From the IMG/VR virus record IMGVR_UViG_3300048892_000198, positions 1 through 64,000 of that record: DNA of 64,000 nt; one strand, given 5' to 3'. The position numbers and the translations under genes were made by a program. Numbering within the stretch: position 1 is the stretch's first letter; each line of letters starts with the position of its first letter. Source of the stretch: a virus. Below, one piece after another: positions 53,557 through 64,000 of this stretch. The notes beneath the pieces were generated by a model. The model saw only the letters and a program-made list of their open reading frames with translations. It did not search any database and was not told the DNA's origin.

Positions 53557-55035
53557 CTATCGGTTGTACCACTGGTCTTCGTCATCAGGCGGCATCGGAT
53601 CGACATCGACGTTGTCACCGAAGTTCTGGACTTCTTCGTACCCCGTCTCAAGCGGCCGGAAGCTGATCGTCGGTCCATGGAATCCGAGCATCACCGTGCC
53701 GGTCGCGCCGCCGCGCTGTTTGGCGATGATGATCTCGGCTTCGTTTCCGGCGTCTTTGGCGTAGTACCCCTCGCGGTAGACAAACCACACCCAGTCGGCA
53801 TCGTTTTCGATAGCGCCTGACTCACGGAGATCGGCGAGCGTCGGGCGCTTGTCGCCGGTCTTCTTCTCGGGAGCTCGGTTGGTTTGAGACAAAGCGATCA
53901 CGCAGAGCGCCTCCGCCTTCGACAGGTTTTTCAGCCCCTTGGTGATGGACGATACCTCGAGCTCACGGCTCTGACTCTTGTCGCCCATCATGAGCTGCAA
54001 GTAGTCGATGGCCGCGGCGGCGAGTTTTCTGGCGAGGATCCTGCCCTGGTCGATCTCACGCTTGATCTTCCGGATGATGCTGCGGAGCTCCTGCACCGTA
54101 AGGCCAGGCTTGTCGCCGACGAGGAGCGGCTGCTTACTCAGCACATCGGCCGCATGAAAGAGCCGCTCCCAGTCTTTGCTGGTGAGGAGGTTGAGGCGCA
54201 TCTTCTGAAACTCCACATTGGCTTCGATGCACACCAAGCGAAGCGCCACTTCCTGAGCCGGCATCTCGAGCGAGTGCAGGTAGACTGCGTCCGGGAGCGA
54301 GCCGTCCTTCGGCACGCGCGTCGACCGAATCAAGCTCGAGGTGGCCAGGCTCGACTTACCCATGCCGGGCCTCGAAGCCACGATGCCGAGGTGTCCAGGT
54401 TGGTAGCCGCCGCTCTTCTTGTCGAGCTCACTGAATCCCGTCGTGAGCCCAAGCTGGCCGCCGTTTCGGAGGGATTCAGCGAGCTCCGTGAGGGCTTGTC
54501 CGGCGATGACGCCCGCAATCGCGTACGTAGTCTCGCGCTCGGTGTGAGCGAGCTCCCAGATCTTCTGCTCGTGCTCTTCGATGAGCACGCGCGTCGGCAC
54601 GCCTTGAGGCTGATAGAGACGCGCGATCGTCTCGACCGCCACCGATTGCACTTGGCGCGCTGTCCAGGCCGCGATGATGCTCCGGCAGTGCTGCTCCAGC
54701 ACCCCAGGACGCGACTCGACGGGGTACTCGTCAACGAGCTGAGCCAGGTAGGGCGTGCCGCCGACTTGATCGAGTCGATTGAGCGAGCGCAGATCGCCGG
54801 CGAGGCTCACGAGATCCACGTGCTTGCCCGCCTCCACGCTGATGCGGACGATGGAGCCCCAGATGATGGTGTTGGCGCCTGCATAGAAATGCTCGGGCTC
54901 TAGTCCCGTCGAGACCGCGCGATCGATGTCGCCTTCCGTCAAGATGGCCCAGCTGATGACGTAACCTTCGGCGTCCAGATCGTTGGGCGGCACGCGCCCG
55001 GGTGCGGGCGTGCCGTGCGAAGCTGGATCGGTCAC
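53557..55035 (-). CDS. dnaB: Replicative DNA helicase
   Basis: PPNDLDAE, TTGFSELD, ASRPGMGKS, SLEM, IDYLQLM, ALSQTNR, LADLRESGAIENDAD, IAKQRGG. Confidence 0.97.
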   Translation of the reverse strand: MTDPASHGTPAPGRVPPNDLDAEGYVISWAILTEGDIDRAVSTGLEPEHFYAGANTIIWGSIVRISVEAGKHVDLVSLAGDLRSLNRLDQVGGTPYLAQLVDEYPVESRPGVLEQHCRSIIAAWTARQVQSVAVETIARLYQPQGVPTRVLIEEHEQKIWELAHTERETTYAIAGVIAGQALTELAESLRNGGQLGLTTGFSELDKKSGGYQPGHLGIVASRPGMGKSSLATSSLIRSTRVPKDGSLPDAVYLHSLEMPAQEVALRLVCIEANVEFQKMRLNLLTSKDWERLFHAADVLSKQPLLVGDKPGLTVQELRSIIRKIKREIDQGRILARKLAAAAIDYLQLMMGDKSQSRELEVSSITKGLKNLSKAEALCVIALSQTNRAPEKKTGDKRPTLADLRESGAIENDADWVWFVYREGYYAKDAGNEAEIIIAKQRGGATGTVMLGFHGPTISFRPLETGYEEVQNFGDNVDVDPMPPDDEDQWYNR

Positions 55036-55475
55036 TTGAAGCGGCGCTCTCGCTGAAAGAAGTCGCACAAGATCCGGTCGACCTCATCCTCCACGCTGGA
55101 GCCGTAGATCCCTTGCCGCACGCGATGCTCGATGAGCCCAATGAGCTCCGAACGCACTTGCACGGGTCTGCCAGATTTGCGCATGCCCTGGAGCTCGGCG
55201 ACGAGCCCATCGACGACTCGCCCGTATTCTTTGTCCTCAATGGACAGGCGCGTCATCTTTTTGCAGGCGCTCAAGATCGTCGTGTGGTCTTTTCGATGAA
55301 AGGCCTCAGCGATCTGAGCGTATGAAAAATGACCCACCAGTCGCGCGACATACATGGCCGTGTGACGCGCCACCACGTGCGAGGTCACGCGGCGCGGACT
55401 CGTGAGCGAGGCGGGGTCGGCGGAGTAATGCCGAGCTACCGCTTCGATGACCGCGGTGAGGAGTGGCTCTGTCAC
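55032..55475 (-). CDS. Stand-alone DnaA C-terminal (domain IV) HTH protein
   Basis: VARHY...ARHTAMYVAR...SYAQIAEAFHRKDHTTILSAC. Confidence 0.9.
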   Translation of the reverse strand: MTEPLLTAVIEAVARHYSADPASLTSPRRVTSHVVARHTAMYVARLVGHFSYAQIAEAFHRKDHTTILSACKKMTRLSIEDKEYGRVVDGLVAELQGMRKSGRPVQVRSELIGLIEHRVRQGIYGSSVEDEVDRILCDFFQRERRFK

Positions 55476-55478
55476 TCG

Positions 55479-55757
55479 TTACCGGAGGCGCAGTCCGTGA
55501 GGGGTGCTCTTGATCTTCTCGTAGAAGTTAGGCGAGCAGGTCATCTGCACCGGATCACCGATGGGCTCTTCGCGCTCGCCTTCCATGTCGGTCGACAGAC
55601 GGGAAGCAACATCACCCACCATCTGTAGCCGGTCCGCATCGGTCAGGTGGTAGGACGATCCCGCGTTGTACTTGCGACCGTCGGGCAACACGACGATCCA
55701 GAGCTGTTTTACGATGAGGGGCTGGGTCATGATCTTGGGGGCACCTTTTTGTTTCAT
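55479..55757 (-). CDS. Hypothetical protein
   Basis: Coupled ORF. Confidence 0.6.
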   Translation of the reverse strand: MKQKGAPKIMTQPLIVKQLWIVVLPDGRKYNAGSSYHLTDADRLQMVGDVASRLSTDMEGEREEPIGDPVQMTCSPNFYEKIKSTPHGLRLR

Positions 55758-56302
55758 TCGAAGGGGATCAGTGCGGCGTCGTCGCGTTGGTAGAGCGGGT
55801 GCACCGGCTGACCCGACTGCGTCTTCTTGAAGCAGTAGAATTCACAGCCAAAGATCTCATCGATCAGGCGCGCGACCTGGAGACCGCGGCCCAAGATCTC
55901 TCCCTCGTTGCCCCAGCCGTACACGATCTGATGCGAGTCACCCACGACGGTCAGGATGTGTTGGTCGTTGCCGGGACCGATGAGATCGCGCGTCGAGGCG
56001 AGCGAACGGAGTTTCTTCGAGTCCGTCTCGCGGTAGGCGAAGAGGTTGACGACCGCGAGGCGCGCATAGCCCCACGTGCGACCGTACTTCATCAGCTTTT
56101 CGATCGTCGGGTCGTTGGCGTTTTCGTCGGCGGTCGAAGGATTGAGCATGACGAAGCACACCGTGCGACGATCGGGAGCGGGGTCGTTCCAGGATTCGCC
56201 GTCGAGTGAGCGGTAGAGCGCGTAGCGATACACGCGATCCTCGCTCAAGACGGCGTGGGCCGTTTCCTTCAGCCAGGGCATGACGGTTTGCTTCATCGGC
56301 AT
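55754..56302 (-). CDS. DUF1643-family protein
   Basis: YRYAL, FVMLNPSTAD...DPTI, VVNLFAYR, GWG, PVHPLY. Confidence 0.9.
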   Translation of the reverse strand: MPMKQTVMPWLKETAHAVLSEDRVYRYALYRSLDGESWNDPAPDRRTVCFVMLNPSTADENANDPTIEKLMKYGRTWGYARLAVVNLFAYRETDSKKLRSLASTRDLIGPGNDQHILTVVGDSHQIVYGWGNEGEILGRGLQVARLIDEIFGCEFYCFKKTQSGQPVHPLYQRDDAALIPFE

Positions 56303-56305
56303 GGC

Positions 56306-56569
56306 TCAGGTCTTGATGGCTTGAGAGAGCATGGCGGCGAGCAGGCGGCCGCCCGTAGGAGGAGCTTCGGGGGCGGCGGGAGGCGGCGGCGACGCCTTCT
56401 GCTGCTTGCGCTCGGCTTGAGCCGCAAGGCGTTGGGCTTTGCGCTCGGCGTCGGCCGACGCCCGTGCTTGGCGGAGCACCTGCTCCTGGCGGCGGTCCAC
56501 TTCGATCTCATGAAGGATCGAGCGGCGTTGACGACGTTGACGACGGAGTCTTCGGGTATGGGGGTTCAT
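56306..56569 (-). CDS. Small Arg-rich protein
   Basis: MNPHTRRLRRQRRQRR. Confidence 0.5.
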   Translation of the reverse strand: MNPHTRRLRRQRRQRRSILHEIEVDRRQEQVLRQARASADAERKAQRLAAQAERKQQKASPPPPAAPEAPPTGGRLLAAMLSQAIKT

Positions 56570-56862
56570 TGAAAGATCTTCCAGATGATGATGCCTATGC
56601 AAATCAGAAACTGAATCCCAGCCAGGGCGAAGCAGGCTCGGCTGGTGCGCCTTAGCTGAGCACGCATTTCGACCCATTCAGACGGGGGGTCGTTCATTTG
56701 GAGGCAATCTCTTTTTGTAAGCAACGGATCACCGTCACGGGGTCCAGTTCCAGATGATGAAGGCCGCGTTTCCGAGACTGAGCGCGATCAATACGGCGGC
56801 CGCAATGCGTGACCAGCGCTTGAGCGATCGGAACTGCTCTTGCAGATCTTTCGACATAGCCA

Positions 56863-57141
56863 TCAGCAGAACGACCTCAAGTAACGCAACATCTCGACTT
56901 CGATCTCCTCGAGATCTTGCTTGGCAACGGGACCGGAGTACACGAGCCAGCGGCCCTCGACGCAGACGGAGAGCCCAGCAGCAAGCACCGCCGGACCCTT
57001 GAAGGAGCTAATCGGCGATGACCTGGCTGCCCCCTCGTAGTCTAACTTTACGCTCCTCAAAACGGGACCCGGCGTGTCCGCTGGCGGAAGCAAGGAACGC
57101 AGGACCTCGTTCGTGGCGGCAAATTCTTCGAGCGCAATCAT
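56863..57141 (-). CDS. Hypothetical protein
   Basis: Coupled ORF. Confidence 0.55.
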   Translation of the reverse strand: MIALEEFAATNEVLRSLLPPADTPGPVLRSVKLDYEGAARSSPISSFKGPAVLAAGLSVCVEGRWLVYSGPVAKQDLEEIEVEMLRYLRSFC

Positions 57142-57368
57142 CCTGCCTGAACTCCCGTAGCGAGCGCCGCGCGGAGTCGATCATGAACGATGCCAGCCAT
57201 CTTCACGAAGGCGTCGCGAGAGCATCCGCCCTCGATCCAGCGATCTGAAACCGCGAGCGCTGTGAGCATCAGCGAGAATGCCGCCTCTCGATCAGGCAGC
57301 CCCGAGGCCTTGGCGAGGTGACAGAATCCTTGCAGAGACCCATCGAAGTCCTCTCTGGTCATGGCCAT
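57138..57368 (-). CDS. Hypothetical protein
   Basis: Coupled ORF. Confidence 0.55.
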   Translation of the reverse strand: MAMTREDFDGSLQGFCHLAKASGLPDREAAFSLMLTALAVSDRWIEGGCSRDAFVKMAGIVHDRLRAALATGVQAG

Positions 57369-58304
57369 TCAGCCTCTCTCGAACGCCAAGGCGTCCTCTT
57401 CCCCGTGGATGAGTTTTCGGGCCTGCACCCAGCCGTTGAAGTTGCCGCAGAAGTACTCGTACTCCCCCTGCTTCCATGGCATGACGCTCGTGAAGACGCT
57501 CCCGCTTTCATCCGGGATGGGCGACGCAAACTTTCGACTGCGGCCGAAGACGCTCGCGCGCTCGTACTCACTCATGGGTCGAGCGACGTGCTCCCAGGGC
57601 GCCATGTGGCCATTGGTCAAGCAGGTATTGGCCAAGCGCTTGTCGGCCGTCGGATCGATTTGTCCCTCGTGGTTCAGGTAGCTCACGCGCGCAGAGCGCC
57701 CGACGGAGATCTTGATGCGCTCCTCGATCGAGTACGCCGTGCGATGTGAATCATCGTCCGGCTCGAAGGGCAGGTGCCAATCTCCCTCCTTCAGCAGCTT
57801 CGGGCGGCTTGTGCGGTAGAGATCGTTCATGAGGGCAGCGACCTTCTGGATCTCAGGCTGAGCCAGCTTGTTATCTCGGAGGTGGAAGAAGTTCGACCAC
57901 TCGGTCGCGGTCACGATGACCGTGTGCCACATGAAGGGCTCCAAGAGGCGATTGGTGGTCTGCTTGTGAATCCCCACGTCCATCAAAAACTCGGCGGACT
58001 TGATGGCGCTGTACATGGCCTCGTTCCAGGTGTCGCGGGCGCGCGCGATCTCGTCCAGAGTGAGCACTTCTTCGGAGGCCTGCATGCCCTTCTTCTCTTT
58101 TCCCCAGACGGGTTCGAAGAGGTCGTTGTACAGGCGCTCGATCTGCTTTTTCGGTGGGATAGCACGCGAGCTCGCGCTGCTCCGCGAAAATATCCGGTGC
58201 GTATTGAACTCCGCCAGGACGATCCTCGGGAACGTTCCCACGAAGGTAGTCAGGCGCTCGCCGTACTGCGTGATGGAGTCTCTCTCGATGCGGGCTTCGT
58301 ACAT
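57369..58304 (-). CDS. thyX: Phage-type FAD-dependent thymidylate synthase
   Basis: AEFNTHRIFSRSSASSRAIP, HKQTTNRLLEPF, NFFHLR, AQPEI, ARVSY, HMAPWEH. Confidence 0.9.
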   Translation of the reverse strand: MYEARIERDSITQYGERLTTFVGTFPRIVLAEFNTHRIFSRSSASSRAIPPKKQIERLYNDLFEPVWGKEKKGMQASEEVLTLDEIARARDTWNEAMYSAIKSAEFLMDVGIHKQTTNRLLEPFMWHTVIVTATEWSNFFHLRDNKLAQPEIQKVAALMNDLYRTSRPKLLKEGDWHLPFEPDDDSHRTAYSIEERIKISVGRSARVSYLNHEGQIDPTADKRLANTCLTNGHMAPWEHVARPMSEYERASVFGRSRKFASPIPDESGSVFTSVMPWKQGEYEYFCGNFNGWVQARKLIHGEEDALAFERG

Positions 58305-58313
58305 GGGATACTT

Positions 58314-58610
58314 TCAGTTGGATTGGTTTTGTGGCTGCGAATTTGGGGCATGAAAGAGCCCCATCATCAGGGGGATCCCCACTATCCCCAACAAGACCAT
58401 CGGGGCTTTGCGCACGAGCGCACGCAGGCGCAGGGCCTCGACCATCTTCTCGAGATTGACCGACCCATAACGGATCTGTAGCCGCATCTCGACTCGCACG
58501 AAGGCGCGCAGCCAATCATCGCTCGGTCGGCTCGCGTCGAGCGAATGTCGCCAGCGGTCGACCTTCGGAAAGAGCGCGCTGAAGAGGAGGTTCTCGAGGA
58601 GCTCTTCCAT
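58314..58610 (-). CDS. Hypothetical protein with C-terminal TM
   Basis: Coupled ORF. Confidence 0.55.
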   Translation of the reverse strand: MEELLENLLFSALFPKVDRWRHSLDASRPSDDWLRAFVRVEMRLQIRYGSVNLEKMVEALRLRALVRKAPMVLLGIVGIPLMMGLFHAPNSQPQNQSN

Positions 58611-58972
58611 CAGCTCGCCGTGGGCAATGGCAGCGCAATGATCTGCACAGCGAGCCAGATCTCTTGGGCAGCAGTGACCGCTTCTTCGGCCGCGTCCGAA
58701 GGCACCTTGACCTCACTCAACGGAACGTCGATGACCGTGGACAAGTTAGCGACCGCGTCATCCCGGGAGACGGCGGCGTTCGGGGGGTCCACGGTGTGCT
58801 TGACCGAAGGCAAGTTCATCGCCCGATTGAATTCAAACGTTGCATCAGCAATCAGCTGCAACCGATCGGCGAGCCCAGGATCGGGGCTCGCGCCGAGGCA
58901 CCCGAGGTGCTCCCGGGTGCGGAACAAAAACCGCTTGATGCTTTCAGACTGAGTCGGACTGACGGTTGGCAT
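58610..58972 (-). CDS. Hypothetical protein
   Basis: GAGGA RBS. Confidence 0.6.
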   Translation of the reverse strand: MPTVSPTQSESIKRFLFRTREHLGCLGASPDPGLADRLQLIADATFEFNRAMNLPSVKHTVDPPNAAVSRDDAVANLSTVIDVPLSEVKVPSDAAEEAVTAAQEIWLAVQIIALPLPTAS

Positions 58973-59003
58973 GGATGGATTCCTCTTTCAGGGTTAACCA
59001 GTG

Positions 59004-59582
59004 CTACGGCGTCGGCGGGAACATTCTTCCCTCGAGCACCGCCCCATCGATCACGTGAAATGCACGCTCGACGCGCAAATCGAGGATCGATCCCAGGGTG
59101 CGCGTCGGCGGGTGGCCCAGCTTCATGTTTTGCAGCACGAGCAGCGAATCGAGCACAAACTCGTACATCCGGTGGTAGCCCCGGGACTCGAGGTTGACCG
59201 CCAGGTCGAGCTTCTGGTGATTGCGCACGTGCAGCAGAAATACGAGATCGTAGCGCCGCATCGCGCTCGAAAACACGTCGAGCGCACTTTCTTCCACGTG
59301 CTCGGCCATGTGCAGCGTGCAATAGGTGAGGTTATCGAAGTAGGTGCGGTCGGTCACGAAGTCTTCGTGGGCGAGCTCCCAGTCGCGCTTGCTCTCGAAG
59401 AGCCGCTTCTGGAACTCCACGCGCCGACCGGCCTGATCCACATCGTAGGGATTGTCGAAGCCCATCTCGAGCGCGACCGATCGAGCGCCGACGGGATTGA
59501 CGGGGATCTGGTACTTCTCGGAGATGGCCCGGGCGAGCGTGGTCTTGCCGGTGCCGCTCGCCCCTGCGATCGCGATCCTCAT
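59004..59582 (-). CDS. P-loop nucleotide kinase-like protein (AAA_28/NadR-type)
   Basis: IAIAGASGTGKTT, FVTDRT..D..Y, YDLVF. Confidence 0.85.
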   Translation of the reverse strand: MRIAIAGASGTGKTTLARAISEKYQIPVNPVGARSVALEMGFDNPYDVDQAGRRVEFQKRLFESKRDWELAHEDFVTDRTYFDNLTYCTLHMAEHVEESALDVFSSAMRRYDLVFLLHVRNHQKLDLAVNLESRGYHRMYEFVLDSLLVLQNMKLGHPPTRTLGSILDLRVERAFHVIDGAVLEGRMFPPTP

Positions 59583-59878
59583 TTGCGGGTGACCTTTCGC
59601 TTCTTCTTGGCGTTCTTACGACGGGTTTTCACGGCGCGCACGGCGCGCGAGATGCGCTTCTGCTGCTCATCAAACCAACGCCTCGCTTCGCGGGCGCGCT
59701 GGCGGCTCGCGCGCGGACGATTGCTCTTTTTCTTCGCACGGCGCTCGATGAGCGCTGCCAAGATCACCCCGAGCGCGCCGAGGACCTCAGGGTTCACGCG
59801 ACTGAGGATCCCGTCGAAGTCGAGCGCGCTATCATCGAACGCCGCCCCCTCGAATGTACCGTCAAACTTTCGCTTCAC
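59579..59878 (-). CDS. Hypothetical protein with basic C-terminus
   Basis: GTGA-coupled. Confidence 0.55.
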   Translation of the reverse strand: MKRKFDGTFEGAAFDDSALDFDGILSRVNPEVLGALGVILAALIERRAKKKSNRPRASRQRAREARRWFDEQQKRISRAVRAVKTRRKNAKKKRKVTRK

Positions 59879-60150
59879 GGATGCTTCTCCGCCACACACG
59901 AGATCGAGACCGTGAAGGCCGACGGGGGCGACTTCGATCCCACATCCGGGCGTCGGCTCGCTAGGTAGCAGACGTTGTAGTCGCCGTTGGTCGTATCCCT
60001 CACTTTGCGGAGGGTGACCCCGTCGACCTGCGTGTCCTCTTCAATCCAGAGCCCGGGGATGGGTCCCGCGTGCGCGACCGCCAAGGCAGTCAGGAGGGTA
60101 ACGGTGATGAGGAGCAGGCCGATGGCGATGTGGCTCACGATCTTTTTCAT
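59875..60150 (-). CDS. Small exported protein
   Basis: Signal peptide ending AHA; NVCY...ISCV. Confidence 0.7.
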   Translation of the reverse strand: MKKIVSHIAIGLLLITVTLLTALAVAHAGPIPGLWIEEDTQVDGVTLRKVRDTTNGDYNVCYLASRRPDVGSKSPPSAFTVSISCVAEKHP

Positions 60151-60548
60151 GGCGACTCTTTCATGTCTGGCGTGAAGGGTTTCTCGTCGTAGTCGGCGGC
60201 GCGCTGTTGATCATCTAAAAGACGCGCGGCGCACCTCAAGTCCGCGCCCGTGAGTCCGAGGTAAACAGTCAAGGTGATCCACAGATCGAAAACCACATCC
60301 AGGGTCAGGTAGTGCACCATCCCGTTGAGGAGCGGGATACCGAGCAGCCCATCGACCTCAAACACCTTCTGCTCTCGCGTAAACCCGCGCTGAAACCAGC
60401 TACACATTGGGATGCGCGGAGCGGATGGGTCTGACTCGATGCAGTCGGCCACCATCTGCATCTGCACGGCGCTCTCGAATCGGCCCTGCTGGCGATAGAG
60501 CACCTCGAGCGCTCGGAGGTTCGGGGTCCAGGACGATCGATCATTCAT
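60147..60548 (-). CDS. Hypothetical protein
   Basis: Coupled ORF. Confidence 0.55.
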   Translation of the reverse strand: MNDRSSWTPNLRALEVLYRQQGRFESAVQMQMVADCIESDPSAPRIPMCSWFQRGFTREQKVFEVDGLLGIPLLNGMVHYLTLDVVFDLWITLTVYLGLTGADLRCAARLLDDQQRAADYDEKPFTPDMKESP

Positions 60549-60874
60549 GACCAGGCCTGCTTGGTTTGGTTCCGGAAGGAGAGCTCGTTCACGGCGGTGA
60601 GGGCAGCCGAGCGGATCTTGCCCCAGATCTTTTTACCGTGGCCTGTCCCATCAAATAAGGCGAGCCACACGAAGATCCCGGTGGCCAGGAGCGAGCACCA
60701 TCCGGCGTGCCGGTGCGTGCAATACACGACACGGAGCATCCAGATCATGGCGATCCAGAACCAACTGCAACGCGGCGTCCGTCGCAAAGCGGGCAACCGC
60801 CAGATGAGCAGGTGGGCGTTCATGAGGGCGCAGAAGAGTTCACCTGCAACAATATACCAAGGCTCCAAGTGCAT
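60545..60874 (-). CDS. Hypothetical membrane protein
   Basis: Start MHLEPW; three hydrophobic segments. Confidence 0.5.
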   Translation of the reverse strand: MHLEPWYIVAGELFCALMNAHLLIWRLPALRRTPRCSWFWIAMIWMLRVVYCTHRHAGWCSLLATGIFVWLALFDGTGHGKKIWGKIRSAALTAVNELSFRNQTKQAWS

Positions 60875-61022
60875 CACGGCCACCACCCAACAAACCGGAG
60901 GATGTCCCGGCAAGTGCCTCCGATCACGATGCCGCCGAGCAGGATGACGAGCTCGCCGAGAGGCGTCGATAGCCATGGACGACGGGGGCGTTTCCGTCGT
61001 CCGTAACCCTGAGGGGGCAGTG

Positions 61023-61565
61023 TCATGGCCTGCTCTTGATGGCCGCTTGCCACTGCTCGTAGTTGCGCTTGCTCTCGGCAATGACCCGAACGACATCGGT
61101 CTTGGCTTGCTCCAGCTCAACGCGCAGCCCCGACAGCTCATTAAACTGACGGAGGTACGTTTCTTCTAGTTTCTGGTATCGCCGGCTAACCTGAAGCAGC
61201 TGATCCCGAGCCGAGTTCAGCTGCTCTTCCAAGAAACCCCTGACCGTATCGCGACCGCTTCGCAAGATCTCCAGCTGCTTCTCCAATGAGCTCAGGCGAG
61301 CGGCACGCTCCTCGAGCAGCATGGTCGAGTCGGAACTCGCCGACGACTGCGCCGTCGTTTCGGCGGGCGCTTGGTCGGAGAGAAAGCGATCGACGACCGA
61401 TATGCAATGGGCCATCGCCGCCTGCCACGATTCGGTCCACCACCAAGCAGGACCGGGCTCGGTGCTGATGCGGATGCGCTCGTTGAGGAGAGCTGGGCCC
61501 GTGTGCTCGAAAGCAAGGCTGCGAGCGCTGTCGGCTGGGTATGCGTCACGGATGGGGTTCTTCAT
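61023..61565 (-). CDS. Coiled-coil hypothetical protein
   Basis: ATGA-coupled start MKNPIR. Confidence 0.6.
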   Translation of the reverse strand: MKNPIRDAYPADSARSLAFEHTGPALLNERIRISTEPGPAWWWTESWQAAMAHCISVVDRFLSDQAPAETTAQSSASSDSTMLLEERAARLSSLEKQLEILRSGRDTVRGFLEEQLNSARDQLLQVSRRYQKLEETYLRQFNELSGLRVELEQAKTDVVRVIAESKRNYEQWQAAIKSRP

Positions 61566-61777
61566 GGGGTCCTTGGTGTGTTGCAAGAGAGCTCGGCATC
61601 GAGATCAGCGAGGGCCCGAGCGGTTTTTTGCTCTTCGTCGTACATCGGTGGGCCACCGTCGATCCCGTCCTCGACCCAAAGCCGCGTGAACACGCTGCAC
61701 TGCTCGGCGTTGTACGGGACGCCAACGCACAGCTCGTACGCGCGCTCCCGGTGTTGCCTCGTCACCGGGTTGCTCAT
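61562..61777 (-). CDS. Small hypothetical protein
   Basis: Coupled ORF. Confidence 0.55.
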   Translation of the reverse strand: MSNPVTRQHRERAYELCVGVPYNAEQCSVFTRLWVEDGIDGGPPMYDEEQKTARALADLDAELSCNTPRTP

Positions 61778-62469
61778 GGCTTGTTCCCGAGGCGGCGAGC
61801 AAGCTCGGTGATATCGTCCTGGATCCCAGCGATGGCCTCGGCGGGAATGCCAAATATCGCCGCGTTAACCGCGCGCCGAAGCTTTGCGATCAAATCGGGC
61901 GAGCTCGGCTGCAAGGGCTCTCGCTGATCCGATGCGCGGGCTGTCGGTTCCGGAGCCGCCGCGGGCTCCATCAGCAGCCCAAGCCGCACCTCGAGCGCAT
62001 GCAGCGCCAATTCAAACTCATCCTCCTCGGGACGATTCCAGGTAGCGCGGCGGTGTTTTCTGAGTTGACGCACGAGGTGCAGCTTCGTCGGATAAAGTGG
62101 TTCTCCGCTGACACCGAAGGTCAGCTCTGCGATCCGGATGGCACCTTCCAGCGTTTCACCGAGCGACGCCGACGACTTCAACGTCGAGAGCACTGCCCGC
62201 ACGAGCGCAGCCTCGCGATTGAATGCCTCTCGATACCCGAGTGGTCGCCTCCCGATCTGCAGCACCTGCACTAGCTGAGCTTGCTCGGCCGGCAAGAGCT
62301 CACCCCAAAACCTCGCCCCACTGTAGCGAGTGCGTTCATAGAGACGCTGGGCCTCTTGCAGATCGCTCAATGTCGTGTGGTCTGGATCGCCCATGGCAAG
62401 GCGCTCCACGGGCCAGGAATGATCCCAAGCGCTTTCAGTCTCTGGGCTGATCGGATCGGATTCGGTCAT
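61774..62469 (-). CDS. Hypothetical protein
   Basis: 231-aa ORF. Confidence 0.65.
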   Translation of the reverse strand: MTESDPISPETESAWDHSWPVERLAMGDPDHTTLSDLQEAQRLYERTRYSGARFWGELLPAEQAQLVQVLQIGRRPLGYREAFNREAALVRAVLSTLKSSASLGETLEGAIRIAELTFGVSGEPLYPTKLHLVRQLRKHRRATWNRPEEDEFELALHALEVRLGLLMEPAAAPEPTARASDQREPLQPSSPDLIAKLRRAVNAAIFGIPAEAIAGIQDDITELARRLGNKP

Positions 62470-63184
62470 GGCTTATCCCTTCAGTACGCGGGCACCCGAG
62501 AAAGCTTCCTTGGCAGCAGGCGATTCGGTCGTGAGGATCGTGGAGAGGCCCTGGTCGCGCCGGCGCTCGTAGATCCAGATGAGTTCGGGGCCGAAGAATT
62601 CGTTCTTGAGAGAGGCGCGGTCGATGCTGTCGAGTACGAGCAGATCGAGCGTCGGGAGATCGTCGAGCGGGGAAGGTTCTTTGGCGGCGTAGGCCGCGCG
62701 CCATTGCCGAAACAGGCTCGGCACGTGCACCGACCGATAGGTAGCGGTCGGGTAGTGCCGGATCGCATTCCTGAAGAGCACGACGGCGTATTGACGGGCA
62801 AGCTTGCCCTCGAGGAGGAGTTGCTGTTTACGCGGCGCGCGCTCCCCCGTGCCGCTCCGAAGAAACTCGCCGAGCGTCTCCTTGAACTGCTCGCCCTCTG
62901 CTCCCAGCATCGACAGGCGCACCGTCGAAAGCAGCGTGTCGACACCAGCTCGCTCGAGTCGGCGAGCCATCGCATACTCCTGGTAGCGCTCGCACGGCTT
63001 GAGCGAGACGCTTGCCTCGAGCGCTGTCACTCCAAGTTTGACGAGCACGCCCGGAGAAAAGCAGTGTTCGGAGGAGACACAGCTGGCCCCTTGTGGTGGG
63101 CAGGCCGCGCACTCGCGCGTCCGAGACTCGAGACCCATCCAAAATGCCTGGGTCTCGCTTTCCACGACGGCACACAATTCAGAC

Positions 63185-64000
<816 letters not shown>

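Noticed and set aside
55032-55475. Chromosomal dnaA/oriC
   Set aside because: Only domain IV is present, with no AAA+ domain and no dnaN/gyrB context
59004-59582. Genome-packaging ATPase
   Set aside because: N-terminal Walker A plus a DRT motif is kinase-like (AAA_28); it lacks FtsK/HerA motifs and lies among nucleotide-metabolism genes
60067-60078. Match to the 5' end of spacer 240-276 (CGCGTGCGCGAC)
   Set aside because: Only 12 nt of GC-rich sequence, and the flank is TCC rather than TTN; consistent with chance

Overview
This ~65% GC window reads as part of the genome of a large, probably tailless and membrane-containing bacterial virus or provirus. The host may be Myxococcota-like, which is a weak inference. 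Most genes lie on the - strand. From right to left: (i) a replication and nucleotide-metabolism module (initiator with an internal candidate origin, degenerate DnaC-like loader, ThyX, DnaA C-terminal domain, DnaB, MazG-like protein, FliA-type sigma fused to LuxR HTHs); (ii) a ~21-kb virion-like region at 22.4-43.1 kb, led by a transglutaminase-like Cys protease and holding three predicted single-jelly-roll capsid-like proteins, a 717-aa protamine-like core protein and about 20 small tail-anchored membrane proteins that share a G-[LM]-G motif, with no terminase, portal, HK97 capsid or tail genes; (iii) a modification module of two GT4s, Dam and FkbM; (iv) an intact IS1-family element with passenger genes and an 8-bp target duplication; (v) anti-defence-like proteins (Ocr-like protein and a multidomain polyprotein punctuated by an [LMH]xxN motif also found in the core protein); (vi) membrane-anchored cell-wall enzymes; (vii) a compact, predicted nuclease-dead Cas12m (type V-M) with a 5-repeat mini-array and no cas1/cas2 in the window. 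One spacer matches the cas12m gene itself at 36/38 nt next to an intact TTC PAM. All protein calls come from motif recognition by eye; no database searches were run.
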